Virus record (IMG/VR): IMGVR_UViG_3300045999_002339
Coordinates: 1-38,222 of that record
DNA: 38,222 bases
Origin: a virus
Taxonomy: Duplodnaviria > Caudoviricetes
Reading direction: 5' to 3' (one strand)
In this document: piece by piece, positions 1 to 8,223 of the stretch
Numbering within the stretch: position 1 is the first letter of the stretch
Layout: every line of letters begins with the position of its first letter
Made by a program: the position numbers and the translations under genes
Notes under the pieces: generated by a model
Database searches by the model: none
The model's input: the letters and a program-made list of their open reading frames with translations, nothing else
Told to the model about the DNA's origin: nothing

Positions 1-491
1 AAACCCTGCCCCGCGCCACGGTGCAGCAGGCGCTGGAGGCGTTGGAGAACAGTTCGCCGGACCAGTACCCAGAACACGCTGGCGTGTTCTACGATGCTAA
101 GGACGCCCTCAAAGCCGCGCTGGAGCAGCCGGAGCCGTGGGTTAAAAGCTATTGCGGCGGCAAGCCGAACTACACCACGCCTGCGGAGCAGGAGCCGGTG
201 GCGTGGGCATGCTTCAAGAACAGTGAGCTACAGACAGAGTTGATCGGCACCGAAGCCGATGTCGATTTCTGGTGCGCATCGGACGAACCGGAGATGCAGG
301 GCATGGTGCAGGTCGCCCTCTACACCCACCCACCCCGCCGCGAGTGGCGAGGACTGACGGAGGAGGAAATACAGAGCGTGATCCAACTGGAAAGAGAGAA
401 GCGTTTTCAGCGGAGGCCACCGCTGCCGCTGTCGATGACGGAACTCTCTCATGCTATCGAGGCCAAGCTGAAGGAGAAGAACCATGAGTAA
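1..491 (+). CDS. Hypothetical phage early protein, 5'-truncated
   Basis: Frame is open back to the window start (TLPRATVQQALEAL); contains QEPVAW and WRGLTEEEI...AIEAKLKEKN segments typical of small proteobacterial phage proteins. Confidence 0.7.
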   Translation, partial: TLPRATVQQALEALENSSPDQYPEHAGVFYDAKDALKAALEQPEPWVKSYCGGKPNYTTPAEQEPVAWACFKNSELQTELIGTEADVDFWCASDEPEMQGMVQVALYTHPPRREWRGLTEEEIQSVIQLEREKRFQRRPPLPLSMTELSHAIEAKLKEKNHE

Positions 492-726
492 CCAACCCAA
501 AGCCCTACAACTGGCTGCAATGGCCCACCTTGGGTACCGCGTGGGCTGGCAGCGCGAAGCCGCCGTCGAACTGCGCCGCCTGCACGCCCTGAACGCGGAA
601 CTGCTGGAGGCGCTGAAAAAGATCGCCGCAATTGAAGATCAGATGTATGGCCCGGATTGGGAGGAAATTGAAGAAGCCAGAGATATAGCCAGCGCCGCCA
701 TCGCCAAAGCGGAGGGGAAGGTATGA
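484..726 (+). CDS. Hypothetical phage early protein
   Basis: AAGGAG SD upstream; overlaps both neighbours; ELRRLHA...ELLEALK...AAIAKAEG pattern. Confidence 0.75.
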   Translation: MSNQPKALQLAAMAHLGYRVGWQREAAVELRRLHALNAELLEALKKIAAIEDQMYGPDWEEIEEARDIASAAIAKAEGKV

Positions 727-947
727 ACCGCGACGACATCATCCGCATGGCGCGGGAGGCCGACCTACTGGTCACAACGCCGATATCTGAGGACAGCGTG
801 TTTGTAGCAGACCTAGAACGCTTCGCCGCCCTTGTCGCCGCGCAGGAGCGCGAAGCCTGCGCTAAGGTGTGTGATGAGAGGGAGCGGGCGAATTTGTACG
901 GCGTGAAGGAGTGCGCCGCCGCCATCCGCGCAAGGGGGAACACATGA
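723..947 (+). CDS. Hypothetical phage early protein
   Basis: ATGA coupling; DDIIRMAREA...FAALVAAQEREACAKVC...CAAAIRARG pattern common in phages. Confidence 0.75.
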   Translation: MNRDDIIRMAREADLLVTTPISEDSVFVADLERFAALVAAQEREACAKVCDERERANLYGVKECAAAIRARGNT

Positions 948-1186
948 ACTTCCTAAAGGTTCACCCAGCCACTGAACTCTGGTGGCAGCAGCGGGACTTG
1001 TGCGCCCGCTGCGCTCACTGTAAGCGGGACGACACCGCCATGCGCTGCATGGTTACCAAGAGCGCGCACTCCACGCCATGGATGCGTGCTGCTGGTAGCG
1101 TTGGTCGCTACTGCATTGATGCGCGTCTACTTGGCGCACCGTGTGGACCACAAGGGGTAGGGTTTACCCCTATGGGCACCGACTAA
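944..1186 (+). CDS. Small Cys-rich hypothetical protein
   Basis: ATG at 944 coupled (ATGA) to the upstream stop; CxxCxxC plus three more Cys. Confidence 0.6.
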   Translation: MNFLKVHPATELWWQQRDLCARCAHCKRDDTAMRCMVTKSAHSTPWMRAAGSVGRYCIDARLLGAPCGPQGVGFTPMGTD

Positions 1187-1201
1187 TCAACCCCCTACAC
1201 T
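1158..1201 (+). promoter_or_regulatory. Putative promoter, copy 1: pseudo-palindrome TAGGGTTTACCCCTA plus -10-like TACACT
   Basis: Motif at 1158-1172, TACACT at 1196-1201 (23 nt gap); same layout at 1472 and 12202. Confidence 0.6.
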
Positions 1202-1251
1202 GGGGGCGTTGCCCCAAGCAACAAATCGTAACCCAACCAGGAGTAGTGAAA

Positions 1252-1473
1252 GTGCTAGTTACTTTGACCAGCCAACTGACCGGTGTCATGCACACCAGAG
1301 ACCTTAACGTAGACGCCATTGAGCTCTACGCCTACATGAGCGGAGAAGATACCCGCCCCGTGCAGGTGGTGTTCCCCCACCTCAGCGCACCAGACCGCGA
1401 GTTCCTCATCACGGGCATCACACCCGAAGAGTGGAATGAGCTGTTTGGTGAGGCGTTTGACGTTACCCATTAA
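1252..1473 (+). CDS. Conserved small phage protein
   Basis: AGGAG at 1239-1243 before in-frame GTG (1246 or 1252); FPHLSAPDREFLITGITPEEW motif seen in many phage proteins. Confidence 0.7.
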   Translation: MLVTLTSQLTGVMHTRDLNVDAIELYAYMSGEDTRPVQVVFPHLSAPDREFLITGITPEEWNELFGEAFDVTH

Positions 1474-1515
1474 GGGTAAACCCCTAGGTGTGCGACTACC
1501 CCGTGCCCCTACAAT
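1472..1515 (+). promoter_or_regulatory. Putative promoter, copy 2: AAGGGTAAACCCCTA plus -10 TACAAT
   Basis: Motif at 1472-1486, TACAAT at 1510-1515 (23 nt gap); followed by hairpin GCTACCGCG-N7-CGCGGTAGT (1519-1543). Confidence 0.65.
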
Positions 1516-1579
1516 GCAGCTACCGCGCCCAAAACGCGGTAGTTGTGTCCTAGTTATCAGTTCTCAACAGGAGTGACCA

Positions 1580-2425
1580 ATGCGTCCAATTCTCAAAAGC
1601 CCGCGCATTCTGCGCACCGGCAACCCCCTGACTCTTGCCAACATCCAGGGCGTGTGCCCTGCCGTGTTTGCGCAGGAGCCTCACGCTAGCCGTGGCCCGC
1701 GCTACCGCTACGTCCCCACCATTGAGCCGCTCCAGGCCCTGCTGGACACTGGCTGGGGCGTGTACGAGGCCAGCCAGCAGCGCAGCCGTGCCGCTGACCG
1801 TGACCCCTACACCAAGCACATGCTCAGGCTCCGCAAGCTCGAGCACTTTGACCACACCCAAGTACACCGTGACGGCGTGCCCGAGGTCATCCTCATCAAC
1901 GCACATGACGGCACCGCCGCCTACCACCTGCGGGGCGGATTTTTCCGCTTTATCTGTGCCAACGGCTTGATGGTGGGTACCACCATCGCCGGTTTTACCG
2001 TGCGCCACACGGTGAATAGCCAGACCACTGCCGAGGTGCTTGACGGCTGCACCCGCGTGGTGACTGAGAGCTTCCCCCGCATGTTGGATAATGTGGACAA
2101 GTTTAAGGGCATCACCCTTGCGCCTGAGCACCAGTACCGCCTTGCCACCCGTGCAATGGAGCTCCGTTACGGGAGCACTGTTGCTCCGTTTGAAGCACCC
2201 GCGCTGCTCACCTGCCGCCGCGCAGAGGACGAGGAGCCCACGCTGTGGAATGTGCTCAACCGCGTGCAGGAGAACGTGGTGTACGGTGGCTGGGAAACCA
2301 AGAGCATGGGCTACGGGCGCAAGAGCACCGTGCGCCCCATTGAGCGTGTGAGCGCTGTTGCCGCCATCAACGGCGGCTTGTGGGATACCGCTGCCACCCT
2401 TGCTGACGAGCTTGCCGCCGCGTGA
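1580..2425 (+). CDS. DUF932 family protein
   Basis: PAVFAQEPH.SR..RY.YVPT, YTKHMLRLR, PEVILINAHDGTAAY, GFFRFICANGL and LWNVLNRVQEN motifs; CAGGAG SD. Confidence 0.9.
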   Translation: MRPILKSPRILRTGNPLTLANIQGVCPAVFAQEPHASRGPRYRYVPTIEPLQALLDTGWGVYEASQQRSRAADRDPYTKHMLRLRKLEHFDHTQVHRDGVPEVILINAHDGTAAYHLRGGFFRFICANGLMVGTTIAGFTVRHTVNSQTTAEVLDGCTRVVTESFPRMLDNVDKFKGITLAPEHQYRLATRAMELRYGSTVAPFEAPALLTCRRAEDEEPTLWNVLNRVQENVVYGGWETKSMGYGRKSTVRPIERVSAVAAINGGLWDTAATLADELAAA

Positions 2426-2658
2426 GCGTACATATTCACGACAGCGCGGGCGTTAGCCTACGTGTTGAGTACGCCATTGCCAGCGATGGCGTACTCATCT
2501 TTCATAACATCAAAGTGCTTGATGCTGACTACCGGCCCGTGGGGCCGGACCTTACCCCGCTGCTCCACCACCTGCTGGTGTTGACCAACACCACCCCGCC
2601 GGAGGGTGAGCACTTTTTGAGCACTTTGGTTGCGGAGATTCAACATGACAGCCACTGA
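2422..2658 (+). CDS. Hypothetical protein
   Basis: GTGA coupling to the DUF932 stop; fills the gap to the next gene. Confidence 0.55.
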   Translation: MSVHIHDSAGVSLRVEYAIASDGVLIFHNIKVLDADYRPVGPDLTPLLHHLLVLTNTTPPEGEHFLSTLVAEIQHDSH

Positions 2659-3034
2659 ACTTGCCGAGTTGGCAGACCACTTTTGGGCCACACGAGACAA
2701 GCGCCTTGCTGCCGACAAGGTAGCCAAGGATTTGAAAGACGAGGAGGCCCGAGCCGAGGCCACACTGATAAAGGAAATGCGTGAGCAGCAACTCACAGCT
2801 ATCGGTGGCAAGCTGGTGCGGCTTGCCATCCCCACCGTGCCGGAGTACGTCCCTGCCGTTAAGGACTGGGACGCGTTCTACAAGCACATTCTGCAGTCGG
2901 GCGACTTTAGCCTGCTGCACAAGCGCATCGGCACCCAGGCGTGTAAGGAGCGCTGGGACGCTGGTGAAGAAGTGCCGGGGGTCGAAAAGTTCCCGGTGTA
3001 CAAGTTATCCAAGTCTGAAGTGAAAGGATCCTAA
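2645..3034 (+). CDS. Conserved phage replication-module protein with N-terminal coiled coil
   Basis: GGAG SD before ATG 2645; VKDWDAFY.HI....DFSLLHKRI...VPGV motif usually found beside the SSB-like gene. Confidence 0.75.
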   Translation: MTATELAELADHFWATRDKRLAADKVAKDLKDEEARAEATLIKEMREQQLTAIGGKLVRLAIPTVPEYVPAVKDWDAFYKHILQSGDFSLLHKRIGTQACKERWDAGEEVPGVEKFPVYKLSKSEVKGS

Positions 3035-3035
3035 C

Positions 3036-3830
3036 ATGGCTACGACCAACGAGATTGTTACCGCCCAGGCTGGCGCACTTGCCCTGCCAAACGATGTGCT
3101 CGCTGCCCTTGCTGACGAGGCACGAGCCGCCGCCGCTACCGAGCGCCCCGCCGTGGGCCGCATTAGTTTGAAGAGTGGGGTTATGTCCTACGCCGGAGCA
3201 CCCGTGCCCGGTAACAAGATGGAGGCTATTGTGCTCACCGCCAGCTTCCGCAACGTGTGGTACGCCGGACGGTACGACCCCAACAACATCGTCAATCCGA
3301 GCTGCTTTGCACTCAGCATGAGCGACGATGGCATGGCACCGCACGCTAACGTCAGCAAGCCGCCGCACAGCGCCTGCAACGGATGCCCCAACGACGAGTG
3401 GGGCAGCGACCCCAACGGCGGCCGAGGCAAAGCCTGCAAGCAGACGCGCCGCTTGGTGCTGTTGCCGGGGCATGCCATGGACACCGGGCCGGACGCGCTG
3501 CGCACTGCCGAGATGGCGATTATGGACCTGCCTGTCACTAGCGTGAAGAACTACAGCAGCTTCGTAAACACGTTGACCGCGAGCACCAACATGCCGACGT
3601 ACGCCGCCGTGGCTGAAATTAGCGTTACGCCCGACGCTAAATCGCAGTTCAAGGTACAGTTCCGCCCCATGCGCGTGGTGCCCAGCTTGGACCACCTGCA
3701 AGCCATCAAGACCCGGCTGGACGGCGCACGGCAACTGGCGCTGGAGCCCTACGCCGAGACCACTGACCCCGACGACGTGGACGACACCCCGCCGCCCGCC
3801 AAGGCTCCTGCCAAGGGCAAGAAGTTTTAA
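3036..3830 (+). CDS. Putative ssDNA-binding/annealing protein
   Basis: Cys motif CNGCPNDEWGS...GKACK; acidic C-terminal tail ending in F; position upstream of the polymerase. Confidence 0.6.
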   Translation: MATTNEIVTAQAGALALPNDVLAALADEARAAAATERPAVGRISLKSGVMSYAGAPVPGNKMEAIVLTASFRNVWYAGRYDPNNIVNPSCFALSMSDDGMAPHANVSKPPHSACNGCPNDEWGSDPNGGRGKACKQTRRLVLLPGHAMDTGPDALRTAEMAIMDLPVTSVKNYSSFVNTLTASTNMPTYAAVAEISVTPDAKSQFKVQFRPMRVVPSLDHLQAIKTRLDGARQLALEPYAETTDPDDVDDTPPPAKAPAKGKKF

Positions 3831-3837
3831 CCGTTTT

Positions 3838-3968
3838 GGAGATAGCTGTGAGCGTGGCTAGGCTTCTCCTCCCTGAGCCGCGTGTAGCCCGCTCGTAACC
3901 AGCAGCATGCTCCGCCCACCCCTGGCAAAGTCAGTTGCCAAAGCGTTCAGCCGGGGGTGGGCTTTTTA
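3838..3968 (+). ncRNA. Putative structured RNA (long stem-loop with anti-SD loop) followed by a terminator hairpin
   Basis: Nested pairings GGAG/CTCC, GCTG/CAGC, GAGCG/CGCTC, GGCTA/TAGCC, GGCT/AGCC around loop TCTCCTCCCTG. Confidence 0.5.
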
Positions 3969-3971
3969 TTT
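3914..3971 (+). terminator. Intrinsic terminator or attenuator upstream of the DNA polymerase
   Basis: GCCCACCCCTGGC (3914-3926) pairs with GCCGGGGGTGGGC (3950-3962), followed by TTTTTATTT; the loop is long (23 nt). Confidence 0.65.
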
Positions 3972-3981
3972 GGAGGACAAA

Positions 3982-5790
3982 ATTCTTACCATCGACTTTG
4001 AGACCGAAGCGATAGATGGCAACCCCATCTACAACCCGCCGCGCCCGGTAGGCGTGTCAATCAAACCAGAGGGGAAGGAATCCCGCTACTATGCGTGGGG
4101 CCATGGTAGTGACAACAACTGCACGTTTGAGGATGGGCGGGCTGCGCTGCTAACCGCCCTGGCTAAGGACAACGAGGGTTACCTCGCCCACAACGCGCCG
4201 TTTGAAGCCGCCGTGCTCAAACGCTGGTTCAACTACGTGGAGCCCGACCCCCTGCTTGTGCACGACACGCAGTACCTGCTCTTCCTGGTGGACCCGTATG
4301 CCAACACGTTCAGCCTCAAGCCGAGTGCGGAGCGCATTTTGGGCCTACCCCCTGACGAGCGTGATGACGTACAACGCTGGGTGTTGAATCATATTCCCGG
4401 CTCTAAAAAGAGCGACTGGGGCGCTTACATCTCCCGTGCACCGGGCAGTCTGGTGGGGCCCTACGCCATTGGCGACACTGACCGTACTCGCGCTCTGTAC
4501 GACGCGCTGTACCCCCGCATTCTGCAAGCGGGCATGCTGGAGCCCTACCGCCGTGAGCAGAAGTTGATGCCCATTCTGTTTGCCAGCAGCGAGCGTGGTG
4601 TGCGCTTGGACACTGAGCGCCTTGCAGCAGACATTACCACGTACACCGCAGCCAAGCAGAAGGCAGAGCAGTACATCCACAGCGTGCTGGGCGACTTTAA
4701 CATTGACAGTGACGCTGAACTTGCTGCCGCCTTGGACCGTACAGGACAAGTCACCCAGTGGGTGCTAACGCCAACGGGCAAACGTAGCACTAGCCGTAAG
4801 AACTTGGTCGGAAGGGTTAAGGACCCGTCGCTGCTTGCCTACCTTGCCTACCGTGGGGTGCTCGCTACGTGCCTAGGCACCTTTGCCGAACCCTGGCTGG
4901 CACAGGCCCAGCGTGAAGGTGGCCGCGTGCACCCGCAGTGGAACCAAGTGCGTGGTGACCGTGGCGCGGACGGTGACATGTCCGGCACGCGGACAGGCCG
5001 TATGTCCTGCCGAGGGCCTAACCTACAGAATCCACCCAACGAGTTTGAGGGGCTTGTAGTGCCTGCCGACCTGCCCGCCCCAATGATTATGCGGAGGTAC
5101 CTCCTGCCCGAGGAGGGACATGTGTGGCTCAAGCGTGACTTTAGTGCGCAGGAGATGCGCATCATGGCCCACTTTGCCGAGGGCAGGTTGTTTGACGCCT
5201 TCCGCCTTGACCCAACCACAGACCCCCACGTTGCCGTGCAGCGCATGATCAAAGAGTTGCTGGGCATTGATATGCCCCGCAAGTACGTGAAGATCACAGG
5301 CTTTGGAATTATGTATGGACGCGGAGTGCCAAACTTATCTGTTGCCCTGGGAGTTGATCAAGACGAAGGCAAACGCGTACGGGACGCTTACTATGCAGCT
5401 CTGCCGGAGATCCAACAGCTCAGTTACGATACGCGCAACCGGGGCAAGCGTGGACAGTTCATACGCACTTGGGGTGGGCGAGTGTATTACCGTGAGCCTG
5501 ACCCCGCAAGGGATCTCAGTTACAAGTTGCTCAACTACCTTATCCAAGGCAGCGCGGCGGACCAAACCAAGCAAAGCATGATAGACTGGGAGCGTGACCG
5601 TGCCCCTGGCGATGTGCTGCTGGCCGCTGTACACGACGAAGTTAACATCTCCGCCCCTGCGGACGATGTGCCGGGTGCCATGCGGCGTCTGCGCCTAGCC
5701 ATGAACGCCGACAGGTTTGACGTTCCATTCCGTAGCGAAGGCTACACCGGCCCCAACTGGGGCGACATTGAGGGGTACAGTGATGATTGA
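3982..5790 (+). CDS. polA: Family A DNA polymerase with 3'-5' exonuclease (start uncertain: TTG 3970 or ATT 3982)
   Basis: ExoI IDFET, ExoII AHNAPFE, ExoIII YAIGD; TRTGRMSC..PNLQN, motif A DFSAQEMRI, motif B RKYVKITGFGIMYG, NYLIQGSAAD, motif C VHDE. Confidence 0.95.
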   Translation: MLTIDFETEAIDGNPIYNPPRPVGVSIKPEGKESRYYAWGHGSDNNCTFEDGRAALLTALAKDNEGYLAHNAPFEAAVLKRWFNYVEPDPLLVHDTQYLLFLVDPYANTFSLKPSAERILGLPPDERDDVQRWVLNHIPGSKKSDWGAYISRAPGSLVGPYAIGDTDRTRALYDALYPRILQAGMLEPYRREQKLMPILFASSERGVRLDTERLAADITTYTAAKQKAEQYIHSVLGDFNIDSDAELAAALDRTGQVTQWVLTPTGKRSTSRKNLVGRVKDPSLLAYLAYRGVLATCLGTFAEPWLAQAQREGGRVHPQWNQVRGDRGADGDMSGTRTGRMSCRGPNLQNPPNEFEGLVVPADLPAPMIMRRYLLPEEGHVWLKRDFSAQEMRIMAHFAEGRLFDAFRLDPTTDPHVAVQRMIKELLGIDMPRKYVKITGFGIMYGRGVPNLSVALGVDQDEGKRVRDAYYAALPEIQQLSYDTRNRGKRGQFIRTWGGRVYYREPDPARDLSYKLLNYLIQGSAADQTKQSMIDWERDRAPGDVLLAAVHDEVNISAPADDVPGAMRRLRLAMNADRFDVPFRSEGYTGPNWGDIEGYSDD

Positions 5791-6502
5791 TGATACACAG
5801 ATGAACATAAAGCCCGCATTCCGTTGGTCGTTCAGCCAGTGGGAGGCATACAACCAGTGTCCACAGAAATGGAACTTCCAGAGCAAGCTGCGGCTCCCGC
5901 GCCGTCCGCCGGGGCCTGCCGCCGCCCGTGGCTTGCAGATGCACGACACGGTGGAGCAGTACATCAAAGGTGCGGACCCCAGCGTGCTGCACCCGGACAT
6001 TGACCGTAAGTACATCCCCATTCTGGACGCTTACCGCAACCACCCCAATGGCGACCGCTACACTGAGAAGAAGCTGGCCTTTGACCACGAGTGGTACCTC
6101 TGCTCGCCACAGAGCAAGTTCGCTGCCTGCGTGGCGGTGCTTGACGCTGTGCGCTACAACAAGAGTGGTGCAGACGTCAAGGGCGTGCTGGAGATTGGCG
6201 AGTGGAAGAGTGGCAAGCCTAAGGACACTCACGGTGACCAGCGCAAGCTCTACGCTATGTTCGGTATGCGGGCGTGGCTGGCAGACGAGGTGCGCGTGAC
6301 CACCTACTACCTGGAGGACACCGCTCCCCCGCAGCGCGTAGTGCTAGCGAGCGAGGCTGGCTACGACAAGCTGAAGGCCCTATGGCAGGACCGCATCAGT
6401 ACCATGCAGCGTGACGAGATATGTGCGCCGCGCCCTGGCTTCTACTGCCGGTTTTGTGACTATGCAAAGGCCCAGGGCGGGCCGTGTCAGTTTGGTGCTT
6501 GA
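5783..6502 (+). CDS. PD-(D/E)XK Cas4/AddB-like exonuclease, probable 4Fe-4S protein
   Basis: WSFSQW..Y.QCP, RGLQMH, D...EWKSGK; C-terminal CRFCDY...C completes four Cys. Confidence 0.85.
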   Translation: MIDDTQMNIKPAFRWSFSQWEAYNQCPQKWNFQSKLRLPRRPPGPAAARGLQMHDTVEQYIKGADPSVLHPDIDRKYIPILDAYRNHPNGDRYTEKKLAFDHEWYLCSPQSKFAACVAVLDAVRYNKSGADVKGVLEIGEWKSGKPKDTHGDQRKLYAMFGMRAWLADEVRVTTYYLEDTAPPQRVVLASEAGYDKLKALWQDRISTMQRDEICAPRPGFYCRFCDYAKAQGGPCQFGA

Positions 6503-6505
6503 CCC

Positions 6506-6967
6506 GTGCGTGAAAGCTACATAGAAGGAAAGGTGAAACGCTGGGCACGCGCCAAGGGCGTCCTGCCACTGAAGATGAACCCCGCCAGTACGGCGGGGTA
6601 TCCTGATGATCTATTTGTGTTCCGCGGGCGTGTGGCATTCATAGAGTTCAAAGCGCCGGGGCGCAAGCCTCGGCCTCTACAGCATGCACGTATTGCGGAA
6701 CTTCGAGAACAGGGCATCCCTGTAGGAGTGATTGACAATGTCGACGACGGAATTGCGTTCTTGGAAGCCGCGCTCTTATCAAGAGCAAGCGGTGCGCTTA
6801 GGAGTCTCGCAGGCGTGCGCTGGGTTTCTTTTACGACCCGGCATGGGCAAGACTACTATCAGCTATGCGATAATCAAGATATTGAAGAGCAAGGGCTTGA
6901 TCAAGCGCACGCTGGTGATAGCCCCGCTGCGAGTGGTGTACAACGTCTGGCCCAAGCAGAAGAATGA
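6506..6967 (+). CDS. VRR-NUC domain nuclease (Holliday junction resolvase-like)
   Basis: RESYIE...GYPD....FIEFKAPG..PRPLQ; the C-terminal part overlaps the helicase. Confidence 0.85.
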   Translation: MRESYIEGKVKRWARAKGVLPLKMNPASTAGYPDDLFVFRGRVAFIEFKAPGRKPRPLQHARIAELREQGIPVGVIDNVDDGIAFLEAALLSRASGALRSLAGVRWVSFTTRHGQDYYQLCDNQDIEEQGLDQAHAGDSPAASGVQRLAQAEE

Positions 6968-8129
6968 TTGGGCCGAGTTTGCTGACCTACGCGTCAAGGT
7001 GCTGCACGGTAAGCATCGGCTAGACAACCTGCACGACCTTGACGCCGACATCTACTGCATAAACCCCGAGGGGCTGGAGTGGCTTGACACACCAGAGAAC
7101 CTTGCTTGGATGCGCCAGCACTTTGATGTGCTCATTATTGATGAGTCCACCAAGTTCAAGAACACGGGCACGCAACGGTTCAAGCGGGTGCGCAAGTTCA
7201 TCCAACACTTCAAGCGCCGGTATATCCTCACTGGTACGTTCACCCCCAATGGATTGATGGACCTGTTTGGGCAGGTCTACCTGCTAGACGAGGGCGCTGC
7301 GCTGGGGCGCTTTATCACCCACTACAAGACCAAATACTTCTACCCCACTGACTACATGGGCTACAATCTAGCCCCGCACGCGTGGGCGATGGAAGAGATT
7401 GCCAGCAAAATAGAGCCCCTTACCCTGGTGCTTGACCGCGAGGGCAATCTTGATATGCCAGAGCTCATCTTTAACGATGTGCTGGTTGACCTACCCCCCA
7501 CCGCCCGCAAGCAGTACGACCAGATGGAGGCCCACATGCTTGCCACTCTAGACGCAGAGCTGGTGGTGGCTGCCAATGCGGCTGTCGCTACAAGCAAGTG
7601 CAGGCAGATAGCGAATGGGTGCCTGTTCACCAACGCGGGCGACGGCACCTGGACTGACCTGCACGACGCTAAGGTAGACGCACTCAAAGACTTGGTTGAG
7701 GAGCTCAGCGGGGAGAGTGTGCTGGTGGTGTACGAGTTCAAGCCAGACCTAGACAAGCTGCGCAAAGCTTTCCCCAACGCGGTGCTGCTCACTGGGGGCA
7801 ATGCCGCGCAGGATGCCAAACACATCGGCCTGTTTGCGGGCGGATTTGTGCAGATGGGGCTGGGGCAGTTCACTAGCATCAGCCTTGGCATTGACGGCTT
7901 GCAGAACAAGTGCCGCAACGTAATCATGTTCGGGCTTACGTGGAACTTGCAAGACTACAGCCAAACCATCGACCGTATCTGGCGTCAAGGCCAGCAAGCC
8001 GACACGGTGATTGTACATCGTATCATTGCCAAAGAAACTGTGGACGAGCGTGTGCTCCGTGTACTCAACAACAAGGACGCAACGCAGAGCAACTTCCTTA
8101 CCCTATTGAAGAGCATGAAACGCCAATAG
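6738..8129 (+). CDS. SNF2-family superfamily 2 helicase
   Basis: PGMGKT, IIDEST, LTGTFTPN and QTIDRIWRQGQ motifs; AGGAG SD at 6724-6728. Confidence 0.92.
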   Translation: MSTTELRSWKPRSYQEQAVRLGVSQACAGFLLRPGMGKTTISYAIIKILKSKGLIKRTLVIAPLRVVYNVWPKQKNDWAEFADLRVKVLHGKHRLDNLHDLDADIYCINPEGLEWLDTPENLAWMRQHFDVLIIDESTKFKNTGTQRFKRVRKFIQHFKRRYILTGTFTPNGLMDLFGQVYLLDEGAALGRFITHYKTKYFYPTDYMGYNLAPHAWAMEEIASKIEPLTLVLDREGNLDMPELIFNDVLVDLPPTARKQYDQMEAHMLATLDAELVVAANAAVATSKCRQIANGCLFTNAGDGTWTDLHDAKVDALKDLVEELSGESVLVVYEFKPDLDKLRKAFPNAVLLTGGNAAQDAKHIGLFAGGFVQMGLGQFTSISLGIDGLQNKCRNVIMFGLTWNLQDYSQTIDRIWRQGQQADTVIVHRIIAKETVDERVLRVLNNKDATQSNFLTLLKSMKRQ

Positions 8130-8138
8130 GCTGTGGCT

Positions 8139-8157
8139 ATTGAGAAACATTCTCAAT
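8139..8157. promoter_or_regulatory. Fur-box-like inverted repeat ATTGAGAA-ACA-TTCTCAAT
   Basis: Perfect 8-3-8 palindrome; 14/19 match to the consensus AATGATAATCATTATCATT by manual comparison. Confidence 0.5.
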
Positions 8158-8170
8158 TGGAAAATACAAT

Positions 8171-8198
8171 TTGCCTGTGAAACTCAAACAGGCATAAT
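8171..8198 (+). promoter_or_regulatory. Sigma70-like promoter for the DNA modification operon
   Basis: TTGCCT-16 nt-CATAAT with AT-rich upstream sequence; overlaid by the inverted repeat TGCCTGT/ACAGGCA. Confidence 0.6.
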
Positions 8199-8223
8199 TA
8201 ACTCTCAACGGTACTAGTTTGCG

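Noticed and set aside
3838-3913. tRNA gene in the SSB-pol spacer
   Set aside because: The length is similar but it folds as one extended stem, with no cloverleaf, T-loop GTTC or CCA end
3907-3969. N-terminal extension of the DNA polymerase from ATG 3907
   Set aside because: No SD, runs through a terminator-like hairpin, and precedes the point where such polymerases normally begin
5783-6502. Cas4 as part of a CRISPR system
   Set aside because: No repeat-spacer array or other cas genes are visible; it is a standard phage replication exonuclease
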